This document shows, piece by piece, positions 17,862-27,733 of a DNA stretch of 60,079 nucleotides. A program made the position numbers and the translations under genes. Position 1 is the first letter of the stretch; every line of letters starts with the position of its first letter. The notes beneath the pieces were generated by a model. The model had not been told where the DNA came from. It was given only the letters and a program-made list of their open reading frames with translations, and did not search any database. The stretch comes from Bacilli bacterium (GTDB taxonomy: Bacteria > Bacillota_I > Bacilli_A > RF39 > UBA660), in contig JAVVTI010000002.1 in the NCBI GenBank assembly GCA_036653735.1, positions 1 to 60,079 of the forward strand, given 5' to 3'.

Positions 17862-18692
17862 TTATTGTAGTGATGTTAACCTATAAAAGTTAATAGAAGG
17901 AGAATTATTAAGTCTAAAGTTATATTTTTTAGTACCAATACCACTTGTAATAAAAATTTCTACATTATTTTTAGTATAATGAGGTGCATAATATTTAATA
18001 CCGGACTCTAGAAGTATAGGACCATAAAAAGGTATTATAACACTTCCATTAAGAGCGTTACCACCTAGAATTAAATTTGGTTTTAAATCTTTACTAAGTA
18101 TTTTATCTATATTTTTATCATCATTTACAACAATTATATTATAAGTGTTTTCTTTTAAAATAATCTTATCATCATTCATAAGACCAGTTAAGGAGATTCC
18201 CTGCAAAGTATTTCTATATATAACTTCTTCTTTATTATCAATATTAATAAATGATGATGATGACATTATATTATCATACTGCTTCTTATTTTTATCCATA
18301 ATACCCGTTATATAATATGAACCCATAGTTGGATTAATCTTTTTTAGATATTTTATTAATAATTCTTCATTCTTAGATGTAAACTTTTTAATATTATACA
18401 TTAAATTACCACTAAAAATAACTATATCAGGTTTTACCTTGTTTATACTATTTACTATCTTATTTAATTGTTGCTTGTCTATTTCATTACTTAGAAGTAA
18501 ATCACCAAAATGAATAATCTTTACACCATTAAAATTATTACTAATCATTTTATTTTTAATATTATATTCTTTAGTAATAACTCCCTTAGTACCTATAAAT
18601 CTAGCATACAAAAAAACAATTATTATAAATAAAATAATTAGTATAACTATTTTTCTAAAATAATGCTTGCATTCTTGTTTTATATCATTCAT
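17862..18692 (-). CDS. Membrane-anchored calcineurin-like metallophosphoesterase-fold protein (YkuE/YpbG-like) with degenerate metal-binding motifs
   Basis: An N-terminal TM helix. IIHFGDLLLS, VIFSGNLMY and ITGIMDKN occupy the positions of the canonical D-x-H, GD-x-x-D and GNH(D/E) motifs. Confidence 0.55.
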   Translation of the reverse strand: MNDIKQECKHYFRKIVILIILFIIIVFLYARFIGTKGVITKEYNIKNKMISNNFNGVKIIHFGDLLLSNEIDKQQLNKIVNSINKVKPDIVIFSGNLMYNIKKFTSKNEELLIKYLKKINPTMGSYYITGIMDKNKKQYDNIMSSSSFINIDNKEEVIYRNTLQGISLTGLMNDDKIILKENTYNIIVVNDDKNIDKILSKDLKPNLILGGNALNGSVIIPFYGPILLESGIKYYAPHYTKNNVEIFITSGIGTKKYNFRLNNSPSINFYRLTSLQ

Positions 18693-19363
18693 AAATATCT
18701 CGTAACACTATATATTAAGGAAAATGTTAGAAAGTTATGTATGAAATGAATTAACACACTAGTATATATATTATTAGTTTTATAGTGCATAAAAGCGAGT
18801 GATACTCCTAATGAAGCATAAGGTATTAGATAAATTATTTTTAAAAAAGGAGATAAATCAGTTACTACATGTAAGAATGCAAATATAAGTCCTGAAGATA
18901 ATACAAAAAGCCATTTATTATTAATTACTTTCTTAAAACCAGCTCTAAATATAAGTTCCTCAGATATTGGTGCAATAAATACCATACTAATAAACGATAT
19001 TATTGGTGCTGATAGAATCATGCTTCTTGCAGCTTGTTCATTTCCAGCTAAACCACCAGGGAAAATAAATAAGTTGATTATTAAATTACTACTAAATAAT
19101 ACAAGCATACCAATAGCCCAGTATTTAATACCTATACCTAAATATTTCTTTCCATTTATTTTAAAATCTTTATAATCTTTAATTAAAGTATCCTTAAAAT
19201 AAAATATAAGCATGAATAAAAATAGTAAATTAGATATCATCATAATTAGGTGATCAGATAGTTTAAAATAATTAAGTAGTTTATCAAATAAGCCTGGTAT
19301 AACAAACATACTTCCTACCAAGCAAAATAAATAAATGAAATTATTAAAACACTTCTTAATCAT
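18689..19363 (-). CDS. CPBP family intramembrane glutamic endopeptidase (CAAX protease-like)
   Basis: EELIFRAGF, FAFLHV and HFIHNF motifs in a polytopic membrane protein. Confidence 0.8.
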   Translation of the reverse strand: MIKKCFNNFIYLFCLVGSMFVIPGLFDKLLNYFKLSDHLIMMISNLLFLFMLIFYFKDTLIKDYKDFKINGKKYLGIGIKYWAIGMLVLFSSNLIINLFIFPGGLAGNEQAARSMILSAPIISFISMVFIAPISEELIFRAGFKKVINNKWLFVLSSGLIFAFLHVVTDLSPFLKIIYLIPYASLGVSLAFMHYKTNNIYTSVLIHFIHNFLTFSLIYSVTRYL

Positions 19364-20568
19364 TTTGTTTCTCCATTAAATATAACTTTAATGTAACTTC
19401 TTTTACCTTTTTTAACCACTATGTAATCAAGATCATACTCTTTATAATTAACCTCATATGTAATATCAGTAATCTTATTATCATTAATAGTTATACCACC
19501 TTGCATTATTAAACGCCTTGCATCACTTTTAGAGCTACTTATATTTATTAATATTAGAAAATCTATTATATTTATAACTTCCTTTTTAATACTAATTGTT
19601 GGCATCTCACTATTATCATATTTATTATTAAATACATCCTCACTTGTTTTTCTAGCATTATCTGCTTTTTCTTCACCATGAACAAATTTAACTACTTCAT
19701 AAGCAAGAGTTTTTTGAGCATATCTTTTCTCAGGTTCTTTTTTAGTACTAACTTCTAAAGCATCAATTTTCTCTTTATCTAGAAAAGTAAATATTTTTAA
19801 ATATGAAATAACCATTTCATCATCAGTATTTACTAAATACTGATATATTTGATATGGAGTAGTTTTATTTTCATCTAACCAAAGAGCATTACCCTCACTT
19901 TTACCAAATTTATTACCATATTTATCTAGTACTAAAGGCATAGTGAAACCATAAACTTCTTTACCTGTTTTCTTCTTTATTAACTCTATACCAGAAGTAA
20001 TATTTCCCCATTGATCTGAGCCTGCAACCTGTAGGGTACAATTATATGTCTTATTTAAATATAAATAATCTAATGACTGTAATATCATATAAGATAATTC
20101 ACAAAAAGTAATACCATTATCTAATCTTTTCTTAACAATATCTTTATTAATCATATAGCTTACATTAAAAAACTTACCATAATCTCTTAAAAAATCTATT
20201 ACGTTTATATCCTTTATCCAGTCATAATTATTAACTATTTTAAAACCAAATAACTTTTCTACTTGTTTACTAAGAGACTTAACATTATCAAATAATTCAT
20301 CCTCTACTATAGTATCTCTCTCACTAGTAGGTCTAGGATCTCCTATTAATCCAGTTCCTCCTCCTATTAATAGAATAGGGTTATGTCCTGCATCTTTAAG
20401 TCTTTTAGATATCATAAAAGATGATAAATGTCCTAAATGTAAAGATTCTGCAGTAGGATCTGTTCCAATATAAAATGTTAAACTTTCATTATTAAGTTTA
20501 TCTTTTAAATTAGTGCCTGCACTATCTTTTATAAGACCTCTATATATTAAATCTTCATATATTTTCAT
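19360..20568 (-). CDS. tyrS: Tyrosine--tRNA ligase
   Basis: GTDPTAESLHLGHL (HIGH), KFGKSEG (KMSKS) and a C-terminal S4 domain (SKSDARRLIMQGGITIN). The ATG at 20568 has an AAAGGA RBS. Confidence 0.9.
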   Translation of the reverse strand: MKIYEDLIYRGLIKDSAGTNLKDKLNNESLTFYIGTDPTAESLHLGHLSSFMISKRLKDAGHNPILLIGGGTGLIGDPRPTSERDTIVEDELFDNVKSLSKQVEKLFGFKIVNNYDWIKDINVIDFLRDYGKFFNVSYMINKDIVKKRLDNGITFCELSYMILQSLDYLYLNKTYNCTLQVAGSDQWGNITSGIELIKKKTGKEVYGFTMPLVLDKYGNKFGKSEGNALWLDENKTTPYQIYQYLVNTDDEMVISYLKIFTFLDKEKIDALEVSTKKEPEKRYAQKTLAYEVVKFVHGEEKADNARKTSEDVFNNKYDNSEMPTISIKKEVINIIDFLILINISSSKSDARRLIMQGGITINDNKITDITYEVNYKEYDLDYIVVKKGKRSYIKVIFNGETK

Positions 20569-20581
20569 GTTTAATCCTTTC

Positions 20582-20609
20582 AAAAAAAGTCACTATTATT
20601 AGTAGTGAC
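20582..20609 (-). terminator. Intrinsic terminator after the YtxH-like gene, abutting the tyrS RBS
   Basis: Minus strand reads gtcacta-ctaataa-tagtgac followed by ttttttt. Confidence 0.7.
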
Positions 20610-20615
20610 AATTAA

Positions 20616-21041
20616 CTATTTAGAAGTCTTTTTATCTTTAGGTTCTTCTAATTTTTTAATTACTTCTTTAGCAACTTTTACTGTTTGTTGTCTAATTTCA
20701 TCTACTGTTTTTCTAATAACTGGTGTTCCTTTTTCTAGAGCATAATCATAGAGTTCATTTGCTTTTTTCTTTAATACTTCAGCCTGTTCTTTAGCTATAG
20801 ATAAAACTTTTTCTTTATCCATTTCACTTAGACCTTCTTTAATATCTTCTATTGCTCTACTTATCTTTTCTTGAACTTCAGAAGCATCCACATCTTTAAG
20901 TTTTATTACTAACTCATCCATTTTTAGTTTTAATTTCTTTCTAGTTTTACTTCCTTCTTCAGGTGCTAATAATACCCCTAATCCAGCTCCTAGTGCTAAA
21001 GCACCCAACATTTTAAATACTCCACATTTTTTCTTTTCCAT
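20616..21041 (-). CDS. YtxH-like general stress protein (N-terminal TM helix plus coiled coil)
   Basis: GALALGAGLGVLLAPEEGSKTRKKL is the typical YtxH signature. It follows a DUF948 gene, as in the B. subtilis ytxG-ytxH arrangement. Confidence 0.7.
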   Translation of the reverse strand: MEKKKCGVFKMLGALALGAGLGVLLAPEEGSKTRKKLKLKMDELVIKLKDVDASEVQEKISRAIEDIKEGLSEMDKEKVLSIAKEQAEVLKKKANELYDYALEKGTPVIRKTVDEIRQQTVKVAKEVIKKLEEPKDKKTSK

Positions 21042-21322
21042 TACTTATCAATCTCCTTTTCTTTATTTTTAAATATTTTCTTTATTCCATTACTAACAAA
21101 ATCAAAAATAGTATCTCCTAGCTTATTAACCTTATTAGTAACAAAATCAATTGTATCAAAGACTCCTTTAAGTGAATCAACTTTCTGTTGAATACTATCA
21201 ATCATCTTTTCAAGCTTTACCATATTATTTATAAGTTTAATACCTACTATAATACAAATAACTAGTAATATAGCAAGTAGTAAATAAATTAATATTGGTA
21301 ACACATCTCCTAGTACTTCCAT
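21041..21322 (-). CDS. DUF948 (YtxG-like) membrane-anchored coiled-coil protein
   Basis: A single N-terminal TM helix, then the ..INNMVKLEKMIDSIQQKVDSL.. pattern. The stop overlaps the next gene's start. Confidence 0.6.
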   Translation of the reverse strand: MEVLGDVLPILIYLLLAILLVICIIVGIKLINNMVKLEKMIDSIQQKVDSLKGVFDTIDFVTNKVNKLGDTIFDFVSNGIKKIFKNKEKEIDK

Positions 21323-21325
21323 ATT

Positions 21326-22066
21326 TTATTCCTCCTTATCATACATAGAATCTATTAGATTAAATAAATCATGTTCAAGTGTATTATCACTAATAGTTTC
21401 ATCAAAATTATTTTCTTTATAGCTTTCTTCAGCTTGTCCAATAGATATATTAGAATATGTAGACTTTCTATCAAGTATATCATTAACACTATTTTTTTCT
21501 TTAGCATTATTCAAATTACTTATTTCATTATTAACATCATTTACACTTTGTGATAAGTTATCATTCATCTTAGTTAAGGTATTTTCTAGTTCTTCTTCTA
21601 AAGAACCATAAGCTTTTCTTCTAACAATATCATAAGAGCTAGTATGCTCAATATTTACAGTTATATTTTCTTTTTTTTCAACTACTTCATCCTTTTTATA
21701 GTTTTTATCAAGAATTCCATATACTGGGGATATAACAGGACTCAACTTAAATTCCTTTTTAACAGTTACTTCTGGTGCTTTATAAGTATTAATTTCTTTC
21801 TTTTCCTCTACTACGCTTCTAGTTCTAGTCTTAACAGGCTCTTCATCTTCAAAGATAGGAAAATTAAATGTAGATTTACTTTGAAAAAGTTCTCTTTCAG
21901 AGTATTCTTCCCTTTTTGGTACTTCATCTTTTACTTTATGCTCTTCCTTTTTAAATGCAGGAATTTCTTCTACTTTTATTGTTTCAGTTTTAACATTACT
22001 CTTAGAACTATCCTCTACTTCTTCAACATCATAAAAAATGTTTTTTAATTTATTAAATAGACCCAT
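21326..22066 (-). CDS. Hypothetical acidic, low-complexity protein with an N-terminal amphipathic helix
   Basis: The start at 22066 (MGLFNKLKNIFYD..) is preceded by AAGGAG. The upstream extension in the ORF track overlaps the preceding gene. Confidence 0.55.
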   Translation of the reverse strand: MGLFNKLKNIFYDVEEVEDSSKSNVKTETIKVEEIPAFKKEEHKVKDEVPKREEYSERELFQSKSTFNFPIFEDEEPVKTRTRSVVEEKKEINTYKAPEVTVKKEFKLSPVISPVYGILDKNYKKDEVVEKKENITVNIEHTSSYDIVRRKAYGSLEEELENTLTKMNDNLSQSVNDVNNEISNLNNAKEKNSVNDILDRKSTYSNISIGQAEESYKENNFDETISDNTLEHDLFNLIDSMYDKEE

Positions 22067-22070
22067 GGTT

Positions 22071-22703
22071 TCACTCCTTCGTTTTTCCTTCATAATTATC
22101 ATACTTATCATAAACTTGTAGAAAGTCTTTATTACTTTCTTCTTCTTTTGGTTTATTAAATTCATACTTAGTAATTTTAGTCTCTACTAAGTCATCTTTA
22201 ATAATATTTTCAATAGATAAGTAATTATATTGAATAGATGAAAGTACATTAGAACAACTAACTAGACAACTTTTAATATCTTTCTCTTTTACTTTCACTT
22301 CTATTATAGCATAATTATACATCATTTCTACAAAAAAGTAACCATTATTTTGTAAAATATTTAAATAACCATCTTTATTATTAATATTAAATGTTTTATA
22401 GTATAAAGATTCTTTTATATTCTTGCATTCAATCTTAGTTTTATTATAATAACTTACTGCATCAACATACAAATAATATTTATCTTGATTATTAATAAGT
22501 ATATTATTAAAATCATCTATTTCTTTAATAGAAAAACCTCTAGGTAAATAATAACGATATCCTTTATTATTGGTATTATGAATTAATGTACTATTATTTA
22601 AAGAAGAACTTATAATACTATCATAATCCATATTATCTAAATTTTTTATAGTACAACCACTGCATATAATAGTAAGTATAACTAAAATAATTTTCTTTAA
22701 CAT
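22071..22703 (-). CDS. Probable lipoprotein or signal-anchored protein, function unknown
   Basis: MLKKIILVILTIICSGC.. is a signal peptide with a Cys-containing lipobox-like end. Confidence 0.5.
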   Translation of the reverse strand: MLKKIILVILTIICSGCTIKNLDNMDYDSIISSSLNNSTLIHNTNNKGYRYYLPRGFSIKEIDDFNNILINNQDKYYLYVDAVSYYNKTKIECKNIKESLYYKTFNINNKDGYLNILQNNGYFFVEMMYNYAIIEVKVKEKDIKSCLVSCSNVLSSIQYNYLSIENIIKDDLVETKITKYEFNKPKEEESNKDFLQVYDKYDNYEGKTKE

Positions 22704-22709
22704 TTTATA

Positions 22710-23336
22710 TTACTCCTTTGCTTCCTTTATTACTTTTATATAATTAATTTTATTTCCTTTATCAAAAAATTTCTTCTCATACTCTGTTTTATATATAGAA
22801 TCCTCATCATAAGAAATAGACTCTATACTATAACCATAATCTATAAAAGATTCTTTACTAAACTCAAATAAATTAATATTATCAGTTTTCATTTCAAGTA
22901 TACATTTCTTTTTAAATATAGAATCATACTTAATAAGAAAATCTTTACTAGTAAGTCTTCTTTTAATATGTTTCTTCTTAGGCCAAGGGTCACTAAAGTT
23001 TAAATAAATCTTATCTACTTCTTTATAAAATACATCATTAATATAAAATGCATCTAATACTATTAATTTGATATTATCTAAATTAAGTGTATCAAGCTTA
23101 GTACAAGCTTTTAATAGTACAGAAGGATACTTCTCAATTCCTATATAATTTATATTCTTATTATTAAGTGCTTTTGATATTAAAAAATTTCCCTTGCCAG
23201 TACCTATTTCTATTTCTATAGGATTATCATTATTAAATATTGTATTCCATATACCCTTGTATGAACAATAATTCATAAGAACATATGGACTATTATATAT
23301 ATCAGTTTCACTATTTTTAATATGCCTAAGTCTCAT
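22710..23336 (-). CDS. trmB: tRNA (guanine-N7)-methyltransferase
   Basis: IEIGTGKGNFL (SAM motif) and FSDPWPKKKHIKRRL (TrmB signature). Confidence 0.85.
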   Translation of the reverse strand: MRLRHIKNSETDIYNSPYVLMNYCSYKGIWNTIFNNDNPIEIEIGTGKGNFLISKALNNKNINYIGIEKYPSVLLKACTKLDTLNLDNIKLIVLDAFYINDVFYKEVDKIYLNFSDPWPKKKHIKRRLTSKDFLIKYDSIFKKKCILEMKTDNINLFEFSKESFIDYGYSIESISYDEDSIYKTEYEKKFFDKGNKINYIKVIKEAKE

Positions 23337-23404
23337 AAATTCACCCGTCCTTATATATTATACACTAAAATCACAATTTTTCATATATTATATTAGGTGA
23401 GAAA

Positions 23405-23764
23405 ATGAAAAGCAGAGATATGATGTATCAAAACTATCAAGCAGGAGCCTTTAATGCACCTCCTGGAGGATATCCTAATGCTCAAATGGGTCAACCTATG
23501 CAAATGCAACCTTATCCACAACAAGGACAAATGCCAATGCAAATGCAGGCGATGCCAAGTGGATATAATATAAATAGTCAATACCAAGCATATGGACCAA
23601 ATATGGTTCCAGAGCAAATGAATAATAATATGGAAAATGATATTGAACTTAAAATTAATCAAATAGAAAGAAAAATAATGAATATTGAATCAAGACTTAA
23701 AGCACTTGAAACTAGTAATATGAATATTGGAATAGAACAAAGTGATACAACTTATATGATATAA
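23405..23764 (+). CDS. Gln/Pro/Met-rich low-complexity protein with a C-terminal coiled coil
   Basis: AGGTGAG RBS. The sequence runs from PGGYPNAQMGQPMQMQPYPQQGQMPMQMQAMP.. to ..INQIERKIMNIESRLKALE, and a terminator follows. Confidence 0.55.
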   Translation: MKSRDMMYQNYQAGAFNAPPGGYPNAQMGQPMQMQPYPQQGQMPMQMQAMPSGYNINSQYQAYGPNMVPEQMNNNMENDIELKINQIERKIMNIESRLKALETSNMNIGIEQSDTTYMI

Positions 23765-23766
23765 AA

Positions 23767-23795
23767 ACAAGCAATAATGAATTGCTTGTTTTTAT
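23767..23795 (+). terminator. Intrinsic terminator
   Basis: acaagcaa-taatgaa-ttgcttgt followed by ttttt. Confidence 0.7.
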
Positions 23796-23844
23796 AACTA
23801 ATTATTTAAATTATTATATTTTTTATATTTTATATTATAATATA

Positions 23845-23873
23845 AAAAAGCAAACAATAAATTGTTTGCTTTT
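23845..23873 (-). terminator. Intrinsic terminator after tuf (usable in both directions)
   Basis: aaagcaaaca-ataaat-tgtttgcttt, with T runs on both strands. Confidence 0.75.
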
Positions 23874-23886
23874 ATAGTACATTTTA

Positions 23887-25056
23887 CTAAGCAATTATTT
23901 CAGAAACAACACCAGCACCAACTGTACGTCCACCCTCACGGATAGAGAATTTAGTACCATTTTCAATTGCTATCTTACTAATTAACTCTGCAGTTAAAGT
24001 TACATTGTCTCCAGGCATAACCATTTCAGTTCCTTCTGGTAATGTAAGTTCTCCTGTAACATCAGTAGTTCTAAAATAGAATTGAGGTCTATATTTACTT
24101 AAGAATGGAGTATGTCTTCCACCCTCTTCTTTACTTAATACATAAACTTCAGCTTTAAATTTATTATGAGGTGTAACGCTTCCAGGTTTAGCAAGTACTT
24201 GCCCTCTTTCAACGTCATCTCTATTGATACCACGAAGTAAAACTCCTGCGTTATCTCCAGCCTCAGCAAAATCTAATGATTTTCTAAACATTTCTATTCC
24301 AGTAACAACAGTTTTTTTAGTATCCTTAAGTCCAATAACCTCAACTTCATCATTAAGTTTTAATTGTCCTCTTTCAACTCTTCCTGTTACAACTGTTCCA
24401 CGTCCTGTAATTGTAAACACATCTTCAATACTCATTAAGAATGGTTTATCATTATCACGAACTGGATCTTCAATCCAAGCATCTACAGCAGTCATAAGTT
24501 CTCTAATAGCTTTTTCAGCTTCTGGATCACCTTCAATTGCTTTAAGAGCTGAACCCTTGATTATAGGAGTATTATCTCCATCAAATCCATATTCAGTAAG
24601 TAATTCACGAACTTCCATTTCAACTAGTTCTAAAAGCTCTGGATCATCTACCATATCAGTCTTATTAATGAATACTACCATTTTAGGTACACCAACTTGA
24701 CGTGATAATAAGATATGTTCTCTAGTTTGAGGCATAGGTCCATCTGTAGCTGAAACAACTAAGATAGCACCATCCATTTGTGCTGCTCCTGTAATCATAT
24801 TTTTTACATAATCAGCATGTCCTGGACAATCTACGTGAGCATAATGTCTTTTTTCAGTCTCATACTCAACGTGAGATGTATTAATTGTAATACCTCTTTC
24901 CCTCTCTTCTGGAGCTTTGTCTATATTTGCATATGAAACAAAATCACCAAAATATTTTGTAATTGCAGCCGTTAAGGTTGTCTTTCCATGATCTACGTGT
25001 CCAATAGTACCTATGTTAACATGGGTTTTTGAACGATCGAATTTTTGTCTTGCCAT
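23887..25056 (-). CDS. tuf: Elongation factor Tu
   Basis: [17 protein letters not shown] and NKTD motifs. Full-length similarity to EF-Tu, 389 aa. Confidence 0.97.
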   Translation of the reverse strand: MARQKFDRSKTHVNIGTIGHVDHGKTTLTAAITKYFGDFVSYANIDKAPEERERGITINTSHVEYETEKRHYAHVDCPGHADYVKNMITGAAQMDGAILVVSATDGPMPQTREHILLSRQVGVPKMVVFINKTDMVDDPELLELVEMEVRELLTEYGFDGDNTPIIKGSALKAIEGDPEAEKAIRELMTAVDAWIEDPVRDNDKPFLMSIEDVFTITGRGTVVTGRVERGQLKLNDEVEVIGLKDTKKTVVTGIEMFRKSLDFAEAGDNAGVLLRGINRDDVERGQVLAKPGSVTPHNKFKAEVYVLSKEEGGRHTPFLSKYRPQFYFRTTDVTGELTLPEGTEMVMPGDNVTLTAELISKIAIENGTKFSIREGGRTVGAGVVSEIIA

Positions 25057-25090
25057 TTGTATTTCCTCCTTTTTCTATACATACATATAT

Positions 25091-25119
25091 ATTTTACCTA
25101 ATACTCACAAGAATATCAA
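25091..25119 (-). promoter_or_regulatory. Candidate internal sigma-A promoter for tuf
   Basis: Minus strand reads TTGATA, a 17-nt spacer, then TAAAAT, in the fusA-tuf spacer. Confidence 0.45.
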
Positions 25120-25144
25120 GTATAAATAACAATATTTGACATTT

Positions 25145-27214
25145 TTACACATTATTCTTTTTAATTATCTCTGCTTCAATGCTTTTTGGCACTTGCTCAT
25201 AATGATCAAAGAACATTTGTTGTGTACCTCTACCTTGTGTATTACTTCTAAGAGAAGTTGTATAACCAAACATTTCAGAAAGTGGAACTAATGCTTTAAT
25301 ACATAAATTCTTACCTCTTGACTCATTTCCTAGTGGTTTACCTCTTCTTGAAGTTAAATCTCCCATTACAGTTCCCATAAATTCTTCAGGAACAATAACA
25401 TCAACTTTCATAATTGGTTCTAATATAACAGGTTTACACTTGTTTTTAGATTCCTTTAGTGACATAGATGCAGCTATTTTAAATGCCATTTCAGATGAAT
25501 CAACATCATGATATGAACCATCAAATAAAGTACATTTAACATCAATCATAGGATATCCAGCAAGTACACCACCTGCTAAAGACTCTTGCAATCCTTTATC
25601 AATAACAGATATATATTCACGAGGAACAACTCCTCCAACTATCTTATCAACAAATTCATACCCTGCATCTTTATTAGGTTCAAACTTAACCCAAACATGT
25701 CCATATTGTCCACGTCCTCCAGACTGTTTAATATATTTACCTTCACAGTCTCCTTCTTGAGTTAATGTTTCTCTATATGCTACTTGTGGTTTACCAATTT
25801 TAGCATCTACATTAAATTCTCTTCTCATTCTTTCAACAAGAACATCTAGATGAAGTTCTCCCATACCTGCAATTAGAGTTTGACCAGTTTCATGATCAGT
25901 TGATGCTCTAAATGAAGGATCTTCTTTAGAAAGTTTTTGAAGTGCTACTCCCATCTTCTCTTGATCAGCTTTACTATTAGGTTCTATTGCAAGCTGAATA
26001 ACAGGTTCTGGAAATATCATCTTCTCAAGAATAACTTGACTCTTTTCATCACAAAGAGTATCTCCAGTAGTTGTATCTTTAAGACCAACAGCTGCTGCTA
26101 TTTCACCAGCATAAACCTCAGTAATTTCTTTTCTTTGGTTAGCATGCATTTGTAAAATACGTCCAACTCTTTCTCTATTTCCATTAGAAGAATTCATTAT
26201 GTAACTTCCACTTTTTAATACTCCAGAATATACTCTAAAGAAAGTTAAATTTCCTACAAACGGATCATTCATTACTTTAAATGCTAAAGCACTAAAAGGT
26301 TCTTGATCACTTGCTTTTCTTTCTATAGGGTTATCTTTCATATCAATACCTTTAACAGCATCAATATCAAGAGGACTAGGTAAGTAATCTAATACAGCAT
26401 CAAGTGCTAACTTAATACCTTTATTACCAAGTGCTGTTCCACACATTACTGGAAAGAATTCAACACTAAGAACTCCCTTTCTAATAGCTGTTTTTAATTT
26501 ATCAATAGGAATTTCTTCACCAGATAAATATGTTTCCATAAGTTCTTCATCAAAATAAGAAACTGTTTCTATTAATTCATTTCTCTTAGTACTTACAATA
26601 TCTTTTAGATCATCAGGAATATCTATTTCTTTATACTCTTCTAATGCTCCTCCATCAAATTCATAAGCTTTCATACTAACTAAGTCAATTATTCCTTTAA
26701 AGTTATCTTCTGCTCCTATTGGCCATTCTATTGGTGCACTAGAAGTAGTTAATCTATCTTTTATACTATCTAAACTAAATTCAAAATTAGCACCCATTTT
26801 ATCCATCTTATTAGCAAATATCATTCTAGGTACTTTGTATTCATCAGCTTGTCTCCAAACTTGTTCTGTTTGTGTTTCCACACCAGCTTGAGCATCAATA
26901 AGTGCTATTGCACCATCAAGTACTCTTAAACTTCTTTCAACTTCTATAGTAAAGTCAACATGCCCAGGTGTATCAATTATATTTAATCTATAATTTTTCC
27001 AATGAACTGTAGTTGCTGCACTAGTAATAGTGATTCCTCTTTCTTTTTCTTGTTCCATCCAATCCATTTGACTTTCGCCATCATGGGTTTCTCCAATTTT
27101 ATGAGTAACTCCAGCATGAAATAATACACGCTCTGTAAATGTTGTCTTACCAGCATCAATATGAGCCATGATACCTAAATTTCGAAGTTTTTCTAACGAT
27201 ACGTCACGTGCCAT
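25145..27214 (-). CDS. fusA: Elongation factor G
   Basis: [25 protein letters not shown].., DTPGHVDF. The ATG at 27214 has an AAAGGAG RBS; the longer ORF in the track overlaps rpsG. Confidence 0.95.
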   Translation of the reverse strand: MARDVSLEKLRNLGIMAHIDAGKTTFTERVLFHAGVTHKIGETHDGESQMDWMEQEKERGITITSAATTVHWKNYRLNIIDTPGHVDFTIEVERSLRVLDGAIALIDAQAGVETQTEQVWRQADEYKVPRMIFANKMDKMGANFEFSLDSIKDRLTTSSAPIEWPIGAEDNFKGIIDLVSMKAYEFDGGALEEYKEIDIPDDLKDIVSTKRNELIETVSYFDEELMETYLSGEEIPIDKLKTAIRKGVLSVEFFPVMCGTALGNKGIKLALDAVLDYLPSPLDIDAVKGIDMKDNPIERKASDQEPFSALAFKVMNDPFVGNLTFFRVYSGVLKSGSYIMNSSNGNRERVGRILQMHANQRKEITEVYAGEIAAAVGLKDTTTGDTLCDEKSQVILEKMIFPEPVIQLAIEPNSKADQEKMGVALQKLSKEDPSFRASTDHETGQTLIAGMGELHLDVLVERMRREFNVDAKIGKPQVAYRETLTQEGDCEGKYIKQSGGRGQYGHVWVKFEPNKDAGYEFVDKIVGGVVPREYISVIDKGLQESLAGGVLAGYPMIDVKCTLFDGSYHDVDSSEMAFKIAASMSLKESKNKCKPVILEPIMKVDVIVPEEFMGTVMGDLTSRRGKPLGNESRGKNLCIKALVPLSEMFGYTTSLRSNTQGRGTQQMFFDHYEQVPKSIEAEIIKKNNV

Positions 27215-27227
27215 ATAATACTCTCCT

Positions 27228-27695
27228 TTACCATCTATAATGTGCAAAAGCCTTATTAGCCTCCGCCATCTTGTGTGTATCTTCTCTCTTCTTAACAGAA
27301 GCCCCTGTTCCATTTGCTGCATCCATAATTTCAGCAGCTAAATTCTCAGCCATTCCCTTACCTTTTCTAGTCTTAGAATACTGTACTAACCAGCGAAGAG
27401 CTAAAGCTTGACTTCTTTCATTTGTAACTTCCATAGGAACTTGATAATTACTTCCGCCAACACGTCTACTCTTTATTTCTAAAGAAGGCTTAATATTAGC
27501 AAAAGCACTTGTAAAAACTTCCATTGGATCTTTTGCAGTTTTCTTTTTTATAATGTCAAATGCATCATATAATATATTCTCAGCAATACCCTTTTTACCA
27601 TCTAACATAATAGTATTAACTAATTTAGTTATCATCTTAGACTTATAAACTGGATCTGCTAAAACATTTCTTTTTTCTGCTTGTCTTTTACGCAT
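27228..27695 (-). CDS. rpsG: 30S ribosomal protein S7
   Basis: 155 aa with a canonical S7 sequence (..[20 protein letters not shown]..). Confidence 0.95.
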   Translation of the reverse strand: MRKRQAEKRNVLADPVYKSKMITKLVNTIMLDGKKGIAENILYDAFDIIKKKTAKDPMEVFTSAFANIKPSLEIKSRRVGGSNYQVPMEVTNERSQALALRWLVQYSKTRKGKGMAENLAAEIMDAANGTGASVKKREDTHKMAEANKAFAHYRW

Positions 27696-27733
27696 AGTAA
27701 CTTTCCTTTCTTATTATTAATTATATTATTATA

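Noticed and set aside
23393-23662. 89-aa His/Leu/Trp-rich minus-strand ORF opposite the Q/P/M-rich gene.
   Set aside because: It has no RBS. It is the complement of a CAA/ATG/CCA-periodic tract. The plus-strand ORF has an AGGTGAG RBS and a terminator.
24224-24700. 158-aa plus-strand ORF inside tuf. Similar antisense or off-frame ORFs occur at 627-977, 996-1178, 1348-1542, 1891-2109, 4169-4489, 8311-8607, 14595-14951, 21371-22048, 25937-26155, 29075-29305, 32867-33127, 35699-36046, 36818-37003, 44809-45135, 46787-47068, 57022-57315 and 58274-58634.
   Set aside because: All lie entirely within well-supported conserved genes on the other strand or frame. Their composition is low-complexity (Ser/Ile/Phe-rich), typical of shadow ORFs in AT-rich DNA, and they lack an RBS.
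27215-27322. N-terminal 36-codon extension of fusA in the ORF track, overlapping rpsG.
   Set aside because: The conserved EF-G N-terminus ([25 protein letters not shown]) starts at 27214 with an AAAGGAG RBS. The extension is non-conserved read-through of the rpsG 3' end. The same reasoning was used to trim rpsL, rplJ, rplK, secE, gpmI, tyrS, parC, the CotY/Z gene, the YlbD-like gene and the ORFs at 21326, 49066 and 54972.
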